A stretch of 57,821 nucleotides of DNA from a virus (lineage: Duplodnaviria; Caudoviricetes), in the IMG/VR virus record IMGVR_UViG_3300028571_002339, positions 1 through 57,821 of that record; one strand, written 5' to 3'. The notes beneath the pieces were generated by a model, which worked only from the letters and a program-made list of their open reading frames with translations, was not told the origin of the DNA and did no database searches. Of this stretch, positions 9,274 through 17,806 are shown one piece after another. Numbering within the stretch: position 1 is the stretch's first letter; each line of letters starts with the position of its first letter. The translations under genes were made by a program, and so were the position numbers.

Positions 9274-11167
9274 TTGTAATCTCCTGCTCCATATCACTTA
9301 TGATATTTTTTATATTATTTCGAACTTCATCGGAACTGGTTACATTTAGTTCTGACTGCAAATAAGGTTTACCTTCTTCATTTGTTTTCCATTCATCATT
9401 TTTGTTTAAAAGTGCAAGTTCACTAGCCTGCATTTGTCTGTAGTAATTATTCCCAAAAGTGTTTGCCCAATTACTAGGAAAGGCCATAATATCTTTATTG
9501 GGACCGTTGGTAAAAGGCTCTAGACCTTTTGGGAAAGAATTATCTGGACATTCTTCACCTTCATTACTTTTTATTTCTTTTTGCGAAATAAAAATTTCAG
9601 TTTCATTCATATTGAAAATTATTAAAATTTCATCATTTTTTTGCCTGCGGATTCCGCGTACACGATATTTATACCCTGGATTCCAACCAAATAATTCATA
9701 TAAAGTTTTGATATAAGCGGCACCGCTTACCCCTCGAGAATAATATAAACCATTCTCCACCCTTGCCCATTGCACTGCGTTCCTTAGTTTATCTGAGCAA
9801 GGTCTTACTGCAAATAAATTTTGACTTGGGTTCACTAGCATTTCAACGTAAAGAACTTTATCAAACTTTCGAACGCATTCTGTGCTAAATTGTATGTTAT
9901 CAGGTGAAAATGTTACACATATTTTTTGGATTGTGTCGAAGAATTGTGAACGAGCCACTTCAAATTTGCGCAGGTCAAAATCTCCTGAATTAGCTTCTAT
10001 GTCTAAGTTTTCTGATAAATCCTCCCTTGCTTCAAAAACACTTTCAGATGCATCCAAATAGTCTTTTGCCTTAAATGCTGCCCATCTTGGATTTATTGAA
10101 ACAAAACCTTTTAGTGCTCCGTCATTCACAACTTTTAATTCGGGTAGGAAACCTTTATGTCCATATTTTGCATTACTTATTAATCTTTGTACGGCAATAA
10201 AATCGTCCCTAATTATAATTGCCTCGTGGTTATTTCTTTTTCTGTATTGATTTCTATCTTGCCTATTTCTTCTTGACTTATGGTCAAGATAATTTGGAGT
10301 CCAAGTTTTTCTTGCAAGTACATCCCCACAGTGACGTTCATTCTGAAGGACTTGTAATATTGTATTTGGAGACCAAGTCGTGTTACCTTTTTTGGTTGTA
10401 CATCTTAGATCAGTAAGGGTGTCTGCTATTTGTTGACAAGTATTTCCATGAAGATACATAAAGAAAACAAGGCGAACTATTTTTGCTTCTTCTTCATTAA
10501 TAACAAGTTTTCCGTCCTCATCTATATCATAACCCAGTAACGGTGGTGTTAAAAAAATACCTCGCCCAAAACGCATTTCAATAGAAGAATTCATAATATC
10601 ACTTTTAATATGTGATTCTTCTTGAGCCAATGTAGCCATAAAAGCTAAAATCATTTCACTATTATTATCTAGCGTATAGATATTTTCTGTTTCAAAAAAA
10701 ATACCAACTGGAGGCTGTAATTGCTTCAACTCTCTTGAATGACCGATGCAATCAACAACATTACGGGCAAAGCGACCTACGCTTTTTGTAACTATCAAGT
10801 CAATTTTTCCAGCATTACAGTCTTCTATCATTCTGACGAACGAATCTCTATGCCTAAGTGATGTTCCAGATATACCCTCATCAGCGTATATTTCAATAAG
10901 TTTCCAACCCTTATGCCTGTTAATAACATCCATATAGTGATTTTTTTGCAGCTCATAGGATGATGTTTGCCTTATATCATCAGTTGAAACACGAGCATAA
11001 ACAGCTACACGTTTTTCTTTTGTGTCTTCATGCAGATTAACTTGTGGAATCATAGGAATTACATCTAATTCGTCAAGACTAACGCCTTTGTACCTTTTTC
11101 GTATTTTTTCTTTTTTAGAGTCTGAATAATTCATTTGTAATTTCCCTTGATACCTGTACTTATGCAT
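9266..11167 (-). CDS. large serine recombinase with atypical C-terminal domain
   Basis: YARVST catalytic Ser, DEGISGT, TKSVGRFARN, recombinase domain PPLLGY; no CxxC zinc ribbon; alternative start 11134. Confidence 0.9.
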   Translation of the reverse strand: MHKYRYQGKLQMNYSDSKKEKIRKRYKGVSLDELDVIPMIPQVNLHEDTKEKRVAVYARVSTDDIRQTSSYELQKNHYMDVINRHKGWKLIEIYADEGISGTSLRHRDSFVRMIEDCNAGKIDLIVTKSVGRFARNVVDCIGHSRELKQLQPPVGIFFETENIYTLDNNSEMILAFMATLAQEESHIKSDIMNSSIEMRFGRGIFLTPPLLGYDIDEDGKLVINEEEAKIVRLVFFMYLHGNTCQQIADTLTDLRCTTKKGNTTWSPNTILQVLQNERHCGDVLARKTWTPNYLDHKSRRNRQDRNQYRKRNNHEAIIIRDDFIAVQRLISNAKYGHKGFLPELKVVNDGALKGFVSINPRWAAFKAKDYLDASESVFEAREDLSENLDIEANSGDFDLRKFEVARSQFFDTIQKICVTFSPDNIQFSTECVRKFDKVLYVEMLVNPSQNLFAVRPCSDKLRNAVQWARVENGLYYSRGVSGAAYIKTLYELFGWNPGYKYRVRGIRRQKNDEILIIFNMNETEIFISQKEIKSNEGEECPDNSFPKGLEPFTNGPNKDIMAFPSNWANTFGNNYYRQMQASELALLNKNDEWKTNEEGKPYLQSELNVTSSDEVRNNIKNIISDMEQEITND

Positions 11168-11208
11168 ATTTTAAAATTATAGAAAAGAATAATTTAAAAG
11201 AACATAGA

Positions 11209-11237
11209 CTGTAGGTCAAAAAAAATTTGACCTACAG
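11209..11237. promoter_or_regulatory. 12-bp perfect inverted repeat (operator or terminator)
   Basis: CTGTAGGTCAAA-aaaaa-TTTGACCTACAG between the HTH gene and the recombinase. Confidence 0.6.
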
Positions 11238-11242
11238 ACAAA

Positions 11243-11581
11243 TCAATAATTATTTCGAAGACTCCTCTTCATTGCTGTAACAAGGTCAAAGATTACTTTT
11301 TTTTCATAATTATTGCAGTCTTCAATAATCCACATTAATTTAGATTTATATTCTAAAAATTCATTATCTTGATTCCCATTTAAAAGTGTAGTTGTTGGGA
11401 TTTCTAAAACATCGCCAATCTTCACTAAGGATTTCAAGCTAGCTTTCTTTTTGCCGGATTCAATCCGACTTATATATGAAGTCGATAGATTGCACATTTC
11501 GGCTAAGTTTTCTTGTGATAATCTTCTACTTCCTCTGAATTTTTTTACTCTTTCGCCTATAACTTTAAAATTTAAATCCAT
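11243..11581 (-). CDS. XRE-family HTH regulator
   Basis: IGERVKKFR..LSQENLAE...STSYISRIESG. Confidence 0.9.
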   Translation of the reverse strand: MDLNFKVIGERVKKFRGSRRLSQENLAEMCNLSTSYISRIESGKKKASLKSLVKIGDVLEIPTTTLLNGNQDNEFLEYKSKLMWIIEDCNNYEKKVIFDLVTAMKRSLRNNY

Positions 11582-11659
11582 CTAGCCTCCTTTATACTGT
11601 ACCAAAACGGTTCTATATATAGGAATACCAAATGGATAATTAACAGTAAAATTCTATAT

Positions 11660-11827
11660 ATGCAACCAAGAAATTCTAAAAAAGGAAAAATTATTTATAA
11701 AGTTTTGGCAGATGTTATTCAGGACTTACGAAAAGAACAAAGCAAGTCCCATATGACATTATCTAACGAATATGACTATCCCAAATCACTTTTAGGTCGT
11801 ATTAAAAATGATGAAATAATTATTTAA
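11660..11827 (+). pseudogene. truncated XRE HTH gene (55 aa, not in ORF track)
   Basis: Manual translation MQPRNSKKGKIIYKVLADVIQDLRKEQSKSHMTLSNEYDYPKSLLGRIKNDEIII*; stops just after the recognition helix. Confidence 0.55.
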
Positions 11828-12153
11828 AACAAAATTTCCTCAATATATTTTTTTAATCTTTGAACATCTGACTTGAATTCATCCCCTGCTGCAGATGCTT
11901 TGCTTCTGTAAGTTACGTGGTAACAAAGTCCTTTTGGTGTGTTCATTTCTGAATAAGGGATTGAGTAAACTAGCTCCCATTTTTCATCTTTCAAAAGATA
12001 TGCCCTTACGTAGCATTGTTGGTCATAGGAATCCGATTTAATTTCGAGCTTTATTCGCTTTTCTTCTAGCTTATAAATTTCTCTAAAATTTATCGATTGT
12101 GAACCCTTATAAGTGATTTTTTCAATTGTTGTTTCTTTTATTTTTTTTGACAT
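11824..12153 (-). CDS. hypothetical protein
   Basis: ORF with AAGGAG RBS before MSKK. Confidence 0.65.
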   Translation of the reverse strand: MSKKIKETTIEKITYKGSQSINFREIYKLEEKRIKLEIKSDSYDQQCYVRAYLLKDEKWELVYSIPYSEMNTPKGLCYHVTYRSKASAAGDEFKSDVQRLKKYIEEILF

Positions 12154-12219
12154 GGCATTCTCCTTAAGTTCTCTATTCATGCTGGTTTAGGATTGGGGCA
12201 AATTGGAGCAAAAAATTTT

Positions 12220-12408
12220 TTATACTTCCACTGGAGTTATGTTATCCATCGCGGTATTGTATTTTTTACCTTGAGCATCAACGCAGGTTGCAAAATCTAC
12301 TTTGCCGTCAGCGTAAACGTTAATCCAAGTTGATATTAACAATCCAACTTCTTGTTTTTTGTGGTTGTAAATTTTAGTTCCGTACATTGTGTAATCTTTA
12401 GATGTCAT
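12220..12408 (-). CDS. small hypothetical protein
   Basis: ORF with AAGGAG RBS before MTSK. Confidence 0.6.
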   Translation of the reverse strand: MTSKDYTMYGTKIYNHKKQEVGLLISTWINVYADGKVDFATCVDAQGKKYNTAMDNITPVEV

Positions 12409-12447
12409 AATTTTATCTCCTTTGTTTTGTTTATCTACAATGACATT

Positions 12448-12499
12448 AATCACTCGCAATAGTCCGAATTGCAAGCTATTCGGACTATTGCGAGTGATT
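12448..12499. repeat. 22-bp perfect inverted repeat overlapping a putative promoter
   Basis: AATCACTCGCAATAGTCCGAAT-tgcaagct-ATTCGGACTATTGCGAGTGATT. Confidence 0.85.
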
Positions 12500-12517
12500 C
12501 AGACACATTGTTTTTTG

Positions 12518-13312
12518 TTATAGGTATTTGCTAAAAGTAGCTTGGAATTTTTGAGCTAATTCAATATGTGCTTTTATTGCTTCTTCTATTTTTGATTCAT
12601 CTGTAACATCAAATCCTATTGTTTTTCTTATTTTTGAGGATTTTTTATTCACCTCGTTTATCCAATCAAGAGTTCCTAGTTCTTTTTCAATTTTTTGCTG
12701 TTGTTTTTCCAGATTTTCAAATATCGATTTATCTTTGTTTATAAGAAGATCCACACAAATATATGGAACATCTGTTCCTACAGATAATTGCAGGCAAACT
12801 CCTGCTTTTCCCATCGGAATATATTGCCAGTGCTGTGGTTTTGGGTTTACTTGCATATCCGAACCGATTTCATCGCAGATTTCAAAATATCTTTCCCAAT
12901 ATTTAAGTTGAATTTGTTTTGCCTTACCTAGACTTTGTGATTTTTTATCAGGTTTTAAAAGGCATTTAAACCCTATTTTATCGTTGTTTAGAGAGGCTTT
13001 AAAAATAAAAACTCCAAAGTCTTTATTTGAAAATTTATTTAAGGTTTCTGCTGCCGTGATTAAATTTTCTCGCTCGTTTGCAACAATCCAAACTATAAAA
13101 GGTGATTGCGGTAGATTTTTGATTTCGCTCAGGGCATTGATAATCGTTTCAGGATTTTGTGTTAAATCTGCAATCGTAACAATTGCCTTGCCGTTCGCTT
13201 TTGGATAATCAGCAAGCACCGATATGATTTCAGGTGCGTTGTGATTTGCCATAAATTCTTCAAAATTCTTTTTACTTTTGAAGGCATCTTGAGGGATAAT
13301 TTTTTCTGTCAT
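12518..13312 (-). CDS. DUF4268-domain protein
   Basis: QLKYW, PKPQHW, FENL.....IEKELGTLDW...KKSSKI C-terminal pattern. Confidence 0.65.
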   Translation of the reverse strand: MTEKIIPQDAFKSKKNFEEFMANHNAPEIISVLADYPKANGKAIVTIADLTQNPETIINALSEIKNLPQSPFIVWIVANERENLITAAETLNKFSNKDFGVFIFKASLNNDKIGFKCLLKPDKKSQSLGKAKQIQLKYWERYFEICDEIGSDMQVNPKPQHWQYIPMGKAGVCLQLSVGTDVPYICVDLLINKDKSIFENLEKQQQKIEKELGTLDWINEVNKKSSKIRKTIGFDVTDESKIEEAIKAHIELAQKFQATFSKYL

Positions 13313-13412
13313 ATTTTTCTCCTTATATTTTTTGACATTGACATTCATCCCTCGCAATAGCTTTCAATTAAAGTCTTTTAGTCTATTCTGAATCATTTAG
13401 ACACAATAAAAG

Positions 13413-13440
13413 TAAAAGCGTGGGGCATTCCACGCTTTTA
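13413..13440. terminator. intrinsic terminator
   Basis: TAAAAGCGTGG-ggcatt-CCACGCTTTTA. Confidence 0.8.
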
Positions 13441-13468
13441 TCAATATTTTGCAATTATGAATTTGTGA

Positions 13469-14326
13469 TTATTTTTTATTTTTAGGCTCTATCTTTTTTA
13501 TTTCCCTTGAGGAAGGAAGATAATTGTTGGATGTAACAACCTTTTGCCCTGTCTGTTGCTCGAAATCTTCTTTTGCTCTTTTGGCAATACCGCCACCTTT
13601 TTTTGCAGCTTTTTTATTTTCGTCTATTCCTGTAGCTTCTTCAAGCTCTGCAACTTGCCTTGTTGAAAGTTCTGCTAATGCTGTAAAAATCAACTCAGCT
13701 TCTGACATGTGATCCCTTAAGTTTTGCGAGGTTAAATCTTTGAGGTTTTTATGCTCTTTGACTGACAAGTCAGCCCATTCTTGATGAATAATATTTGTCA
13801 AAATTGCATATTCTTCACCTTCTTTTATTTCGTGGTCTTTCCAATAATCAGTCAATTTACTTCTGGTTTCTTGCCCCATCATTCTTTGCTGAATCCACTT
13901 GTCACTTCTACCAAGCTTTTTATAAGTATCTCTTGCCCTGTCAATAGCAGTAGTAGGGTCAGCAATTTCCTGCATTCTTTCATATCCAACTTTAGCAAGC
14001 CATTGTTTAACAGGTTCTGCCTTTTTGCTTGGAACAGATTGTACAATACGCAACATCGTTTGAACATCCGTACAATCTGTTTCTCTTTTTTTACCGTCAG
14101 GAGCAAGTAATTTCAACTGTACGATTTTTTCGTACAGTTGGCTAAAACCCTCGTCTTCTTTGAGTTTTATTTTTAAATCACTCCAATATCTTCTGGAATT
14201 TTTACTATCAGTTAGCAATTCAATAATATCAATTACAGAAAAATACCACTTTTCTTGATTTTCATCATAAAGCGAGCGTATTTTTTTATCTTCAAATAAC
14301 TTAATTGATGTCTCATTGTCGGTCAT
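13469..14326 (-). CDS. Bro-N domain (antirepressor-like) protein
   Basis: KWYFSVIDII, YWSDLK, DGKKRETD, QSVPSKKAEP, NLRDHM. Confidence 0.85.
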   Translation of the reverse strand: MTDNETSIKLFEDKKIRSLYDENQEKWYFSVIDIIELLTDSKNSRRYWSDLKIKLKEDEGFSQLYEKIVQLKLLAPDGKKRETDCTDVQTMLRIVQSVPSKKAEPVKQWLAKVGYERMQEIADPTTAIDRARDTYKKLGRSDKWIQQRMMGQETRSKLTDYWKDHEIKEGEEYAILTNIIHQEWADLSVKEHKNLKDLTSQNLRDHMSEAELIFTALAELSTRQVAELEEATGIDENKKAAKKGGGIAKRAKEDFEQQTGQKVVTSNNYLPSSREIKKIEPKNKK

Positions 14327-14505
14327 GTTCCACCTCCTCAACCCTTACATATTAGCATAAATAAGGATTTTATTTAATTTTCAAAGTACAAGTAATTTGT
14401 AGTGATTTAAAATAATCTAACAAGGCGAATTTAATTTATTTAATTCACCCTGTTAAAGATTTTAATTAAAAAGTTGTTGTAGATTGGATTTTATATATTC
14501 AGAAT

Positions 14506-14796
14506 CTATTTTCTTAAATCTGCAACAATACCTGATAAGTGATTTGCAAATGATTCAAGAGCGTTTACACCCTGCTCAAAACAATAATTATCAACATCAT
14601 TCGGTGTTGTGTTGATTTTGTCTTTTAATTTAAACAGACTATCGACCGCCGGCTGTGTGTATTTGGCAAGATTCTCATAGAGTTTAGTTACACAATTGGG
14701 CACGTTTTTTTGAATCAGATTCATAATAAACGGCTCAATTAATAACCAAATTACGTTTAATTTTTTCCAGTTTGTGAGTAATGCTAAAAAATTCAT
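14506..14796 (-). CDS. phage protein downstream of the endolysin (possible lysis accessory)
   Basis: Overlaps the amidase stop; hydrophobic N-terminus. Confidence 0.55.
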   Translation of the reverse strand: MNFLALLTNWKKLNVIWLLIEPFIMNLIQKNVPNCVTKLYENLAKYTQPAVDSLFKLKDKINTTPNDVDNYCFEQGVNALESFANHLSGIVADLRK

Positions 14797-15305
14797 AGCT
14801 TTTTTCCTTTCTTGATTTGAGTAATATACCAACTGATTTTGTTTCTTAAATATTCTCCGGCTCTATCTCTGGAGATGTTTGGAAGATACGGTAGATAAGC
14901 AATATCAGACTTTCCCTCTCTTTCGCTTAACGGTCGTTTTTGGTCGAATTCATAGTGGGTAAAAACGTTTGCCTCGACAACTTCAATGCCGTATTTGATA
15001 CAGAGTTTCGCCGCTTTGCAGCACATGGATTCAACCTGTTTTTGGGTAATAGGATATTTTGTTTGTTTATTTTTTAGGTCAAATCCTGTCATTCCACAGC
15101 AAGACAAGCCAATGCACCCTGTATTACCTCCGCCGCAGTGTTTTGCATATTTCCCGTCATAACAATTAATATTGTCTTCAGGTACAAATTTCCCTTTGAA
15201 TTCTTTTCCTGCGAAATCAAAAATAAAGTGGTAGGCATCGATATCCGTTTGGCAAGGATTGTTTGAGCCTGCTGTCCAATGCATACATATTTTACTAATT
15301 GACAT
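14793..15305 (-). CDS. N-acetylmuramoyl-L-alanine amidase (endolysin)
   Basis: MHWTAG, YHF, HCGGGN..IG, TH.E motifs of Amidase_2. Confidence 0.8.
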   Translation of the reverse strand: MSISKICMHWTAGSNNPCQTDIDAYHFIFDFAGKEFKGKFVPEDNINCYDGKYAKHCGGGNTGCIGLSCCGMTGFDLKNKQTKYPITQKQVESMCCKAAKLCIKYGIEVVEANVFTHYEFDQKRPLSEREGKSDIAYLPYLPNISRDRAGEYLRNKISWYITQIKKGKKL

Positions 15306-15609
15306 TATTAATCACCTTCTTTCTTGCTTCTTGTCGCTCTTGCAGTAGTACCAAATATTCATCGGCCGTTAGAGATGTTTCAACTCCAAGTGCTAATTGA
15401 TCCATGTGTCTTATTACTTTCCAATCGGAACCATTTAAAAATTTGGTAGCTTCCTCTGAATCCGTTTCAGAAAAAAACGAATCCAAATTGACAACCCACT
15501 CACCGTTTTCAAAAGTTGCATCAGGAATCGGTCGCTCCGGCACCTCGATATCGTTTAACATCAGATTTTCAACAAATAAATATTCGCCGTTTCTAATAAC
15601 TGTTTTCAT
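15295..15609 (-). CDS. tail fibre assembly-like protein
   Basis: FLNGSDWKVIR...RQEAR motif; follows the fibre genes. Confidence 0.6.
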   Translation of the reverse strand: MKTVIRNGEYLFVENLMLNDIEVPERPIPDATFENGEWVVNLDSFFSETDSEEATKFLNGSDWKVIRHMDQLALGVETSLTADEYLVLLQERQEARKKVINNVN

Positions 15610-15610
15610 A

Positions 15611-17797
15611 TTAAAAATTCCTTTCAAGCTGAATGATAAGTGAACAATTCGAGGTTATAGACCTGTTTGTTCCGCCGTAATCTTTATATTGCATAAGCCC
15701 TGTACCTGTTCTGACATAGAACAAGCAGTCATCGTAGTAAAAGCCATTATTATTCCATTCGTGGCTGTAATCTAATATTGAGTCGATTTCCCACGGCATA
15801 ATAAAACCGTTTGTTTTATCTTTTATCCAGGTTGAAATTCGCATATTTTTGTAATCAAAGCCAAGATTATGAGAGAACGCAAAGGTTGATGATGCCCAAA
15901 TATTTGTTTCATCACTTATGTAGACCCCTTCTTGGGCATAGCTATTTACATCCGAAACAAAATTGTGCTGAGTTTTTATTCTGCCGATAAAATTAACTTC
16001 TTTTGCTTCGTATTTTCCTGTTGCCGGATTGTATTTGTAGAAAGTGTTTTCAGGAATCACGTAGCAGTAAGCAAGTTCAAATACCTCAAACTGTGCAATT
16101 TGAGCGTAAGTTGCTCCGTTCATAATATTAACTATTTCAAGTTTATATTTCGCACAAGGGGTAAAATTCGTTGCATCAAAATATCTGACTTCGTTTGCTC
16201 CCCATGCAGCTTGTGCAGGAATTTCAAGAAGAACAATCCATTTTTCACCGTCAAAACCTTTTATATAACCGTTATAAATACATCCTGTCGGAGTATCGAC
16301 ACTGGCGGTTATTCCAAATCTTGCAGCTATTCTTGGGTTCGGGAATTCTATTTGCAACCATTGGTTTCCGCCGACAATCGATGCCATCCATTTTGTTGCA
16401 AGGTTATGATTAAAGGCACAGACTGGGATATAACTTGCGTTGTAAGTTGAACTTGCAGTGGAGATATAGCCTTTTCTGAATTCGGATGTGGTAATATCGG
16501 ATGTCATAGTTGGAACTGAATTAACATCTGAATATTTTTGCAATTTATTTGTATAAACAGGACGAGCCGTTGTGATAATCGGCTGAAATTTGTTATTACT
16601 CTGCTTTTCCATTGCCAAATACATCATTGAATTATTGAGCAGGTTCTCGAGCATATAACTTTCGGTTATCGCAACCAGTTCATTAACTTTTCCGCTTGCA
16701 GACATTCCTTTGGCGTTGTTAATCAAAAGCGGATTATCAGCACTCAAGTCAAGCTTTGCAACCATTGGCATATAATCATTTGTCGCCGTGTAATACTCCA
16801 ATGCTCCTATTGAAAGGTAGCTTCCGGCACCTGAAATAGCAGTAACAGAAAGCCTATAAAATTTAAAGTTAGCAGAATAATTTAATGCAAAAATCCGTTT
16901 TTCACCCTGTCCCCAAGCACCAATGCCTGTATAATCCCCGAGCAGTTGCCAGTTTACATCATCATTGCTGCCTTCAAGTATAAAATTGTATGGGGAGTAT
17001 AAATTTGCATCTGCCGAATTCCTTGCAGTAATAGAAAATGCAATAATTTTTGGGGTAGATGTTTTAAATTCAATTTTTGTCCAACCTGTTGCGATTCCGC
17101 TTGTGGTAATCCAACCGTAAACATCAGAATTATAGCCCCTATAACATTTCCACGGCAGGTAGCTTGCATCATAATAAGATGAAGCGGTAATAACGCATTG
17201 CTCATGAACTGCACTTGTCATCGCAGGTACTATGTTTGCAGAAAGTTCAATTTTTCTTAAAAAATCAGCTCTTCCTGATGAATTTTTAGGACAATTTAAA
17301 ATTGTTTGAGGCTTAAAGGAATTGGTTCTGACTTCTTTAGCACCAAAGTATCCAATTTCTTTTACGCAGTTTTCTTCAAAGACATAAAAGGAAACATCGC
17401 CTTTTAAAACCAAACGGTCTGCGTTATTTTGCAAAGCTAAACTTTCTGAGTTTCTGATGGTCCTGGATTCTGAAAATTCAATAGTTGCAATTCCTGAAGT
17501 CCAACCTGTTATTTGGGTTATTGTTTCACCACCTGAAACTTTGAAATAATTTGTTTTGTTAGTTAGTGTAAGAACGCCATTTACACTGGATAGTTCTGCA
17601 AAGTTATTCAGCTTTAAGGCACCGCCAAGCGTTCCTCCACTTGCATCCATTTTTGTTTGGATTTCACTTTGAAGATTTACGATTTTGTTTTCCTGATCAT
17701 TATTTGAAAGTCTTAAAGTTTCAAAGTTTTGATTAACTTCTACCGCTTTTGCTTTTTCGCCAGGCTTAAATTCTGTTAATTCGTTTATTAAAGTCAT
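15611..17797 (-). CDS. tail fibre/receptor-binding protein with two discoidin (F5/8 type C) domains
   Basis: Two repeats of TASS.Y...W...W..IEF...F.I...P..F...GS.D...W. Confidence 0.75.
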   Translation of the reverse strand: MTLINELTEFKPGEKAKAVEVNQNFETLRLSNNDQENKIVNLQSEIQTKMDASGGTLGGALKLNNFAELSSVNGVLTLTNKTNYFKVSGGETITQITGWTSGIATIEFSESRTIRNSESLALQNNADRLVLKGDVSFYVFEENCVKEIGYFGAKEVRTNSFKPQTILNCPKNSSGRADFLRKIELSANIVPAMTSAVHEQCVITASSYYDASYLPWKCYRGYNSDVYGWITTSGIATGWTKIEFKTSTPKIIAFSITARNSADANLYSPYNFILEGSNDDVNWQLLGDYTGIGAWGQGEKRIFALNYSANFKFYRLSVTAISGAGSYLSIGALEYYTATNDYMPMVAKLDLSADNPLLINNAKGMSASGKVNELVAITESYMLENLLNNSMMYLAMEKQSNNKFQPIITTARPVYTNKLQKYSDVNSVPTMTSDITTSEFRKGYISTASSTYNASYIPVCAFNHNLATKWMASIVGGNQWLQIEFPNPRIAARFGITASVDTPTGCIYNGYIKGFDGEKWIVLLEIPAQAAWGANEVRYFDATNFTPCAKYKLEIVNIMNGATYAQIAQFEVFELAYCYVIPENTFYKYNPATGKYEAKEVNFIGRIKTQHNFVSDVNSYAQEGVYISDETNIWASSTFAFSHNLGFDYKNMRISTWIKDKTNGFIMPWEIDSILDYSHEWNNNGFYYDDCLFYVRTGTGLMQYKDYGGTNRSITSNCSLIIQLERNF

Positions 17798-17806
17798 ATT
17801 ATCTCC

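Noticed and set aside
2950-14488. 11-bp inverted match TCCAATCTACA (2950-2960 / 14478-14488) as element ends
   Set aside because: A single short match is expected by chance in 58 kb of AT-rich DNA; no flanking duplication seen
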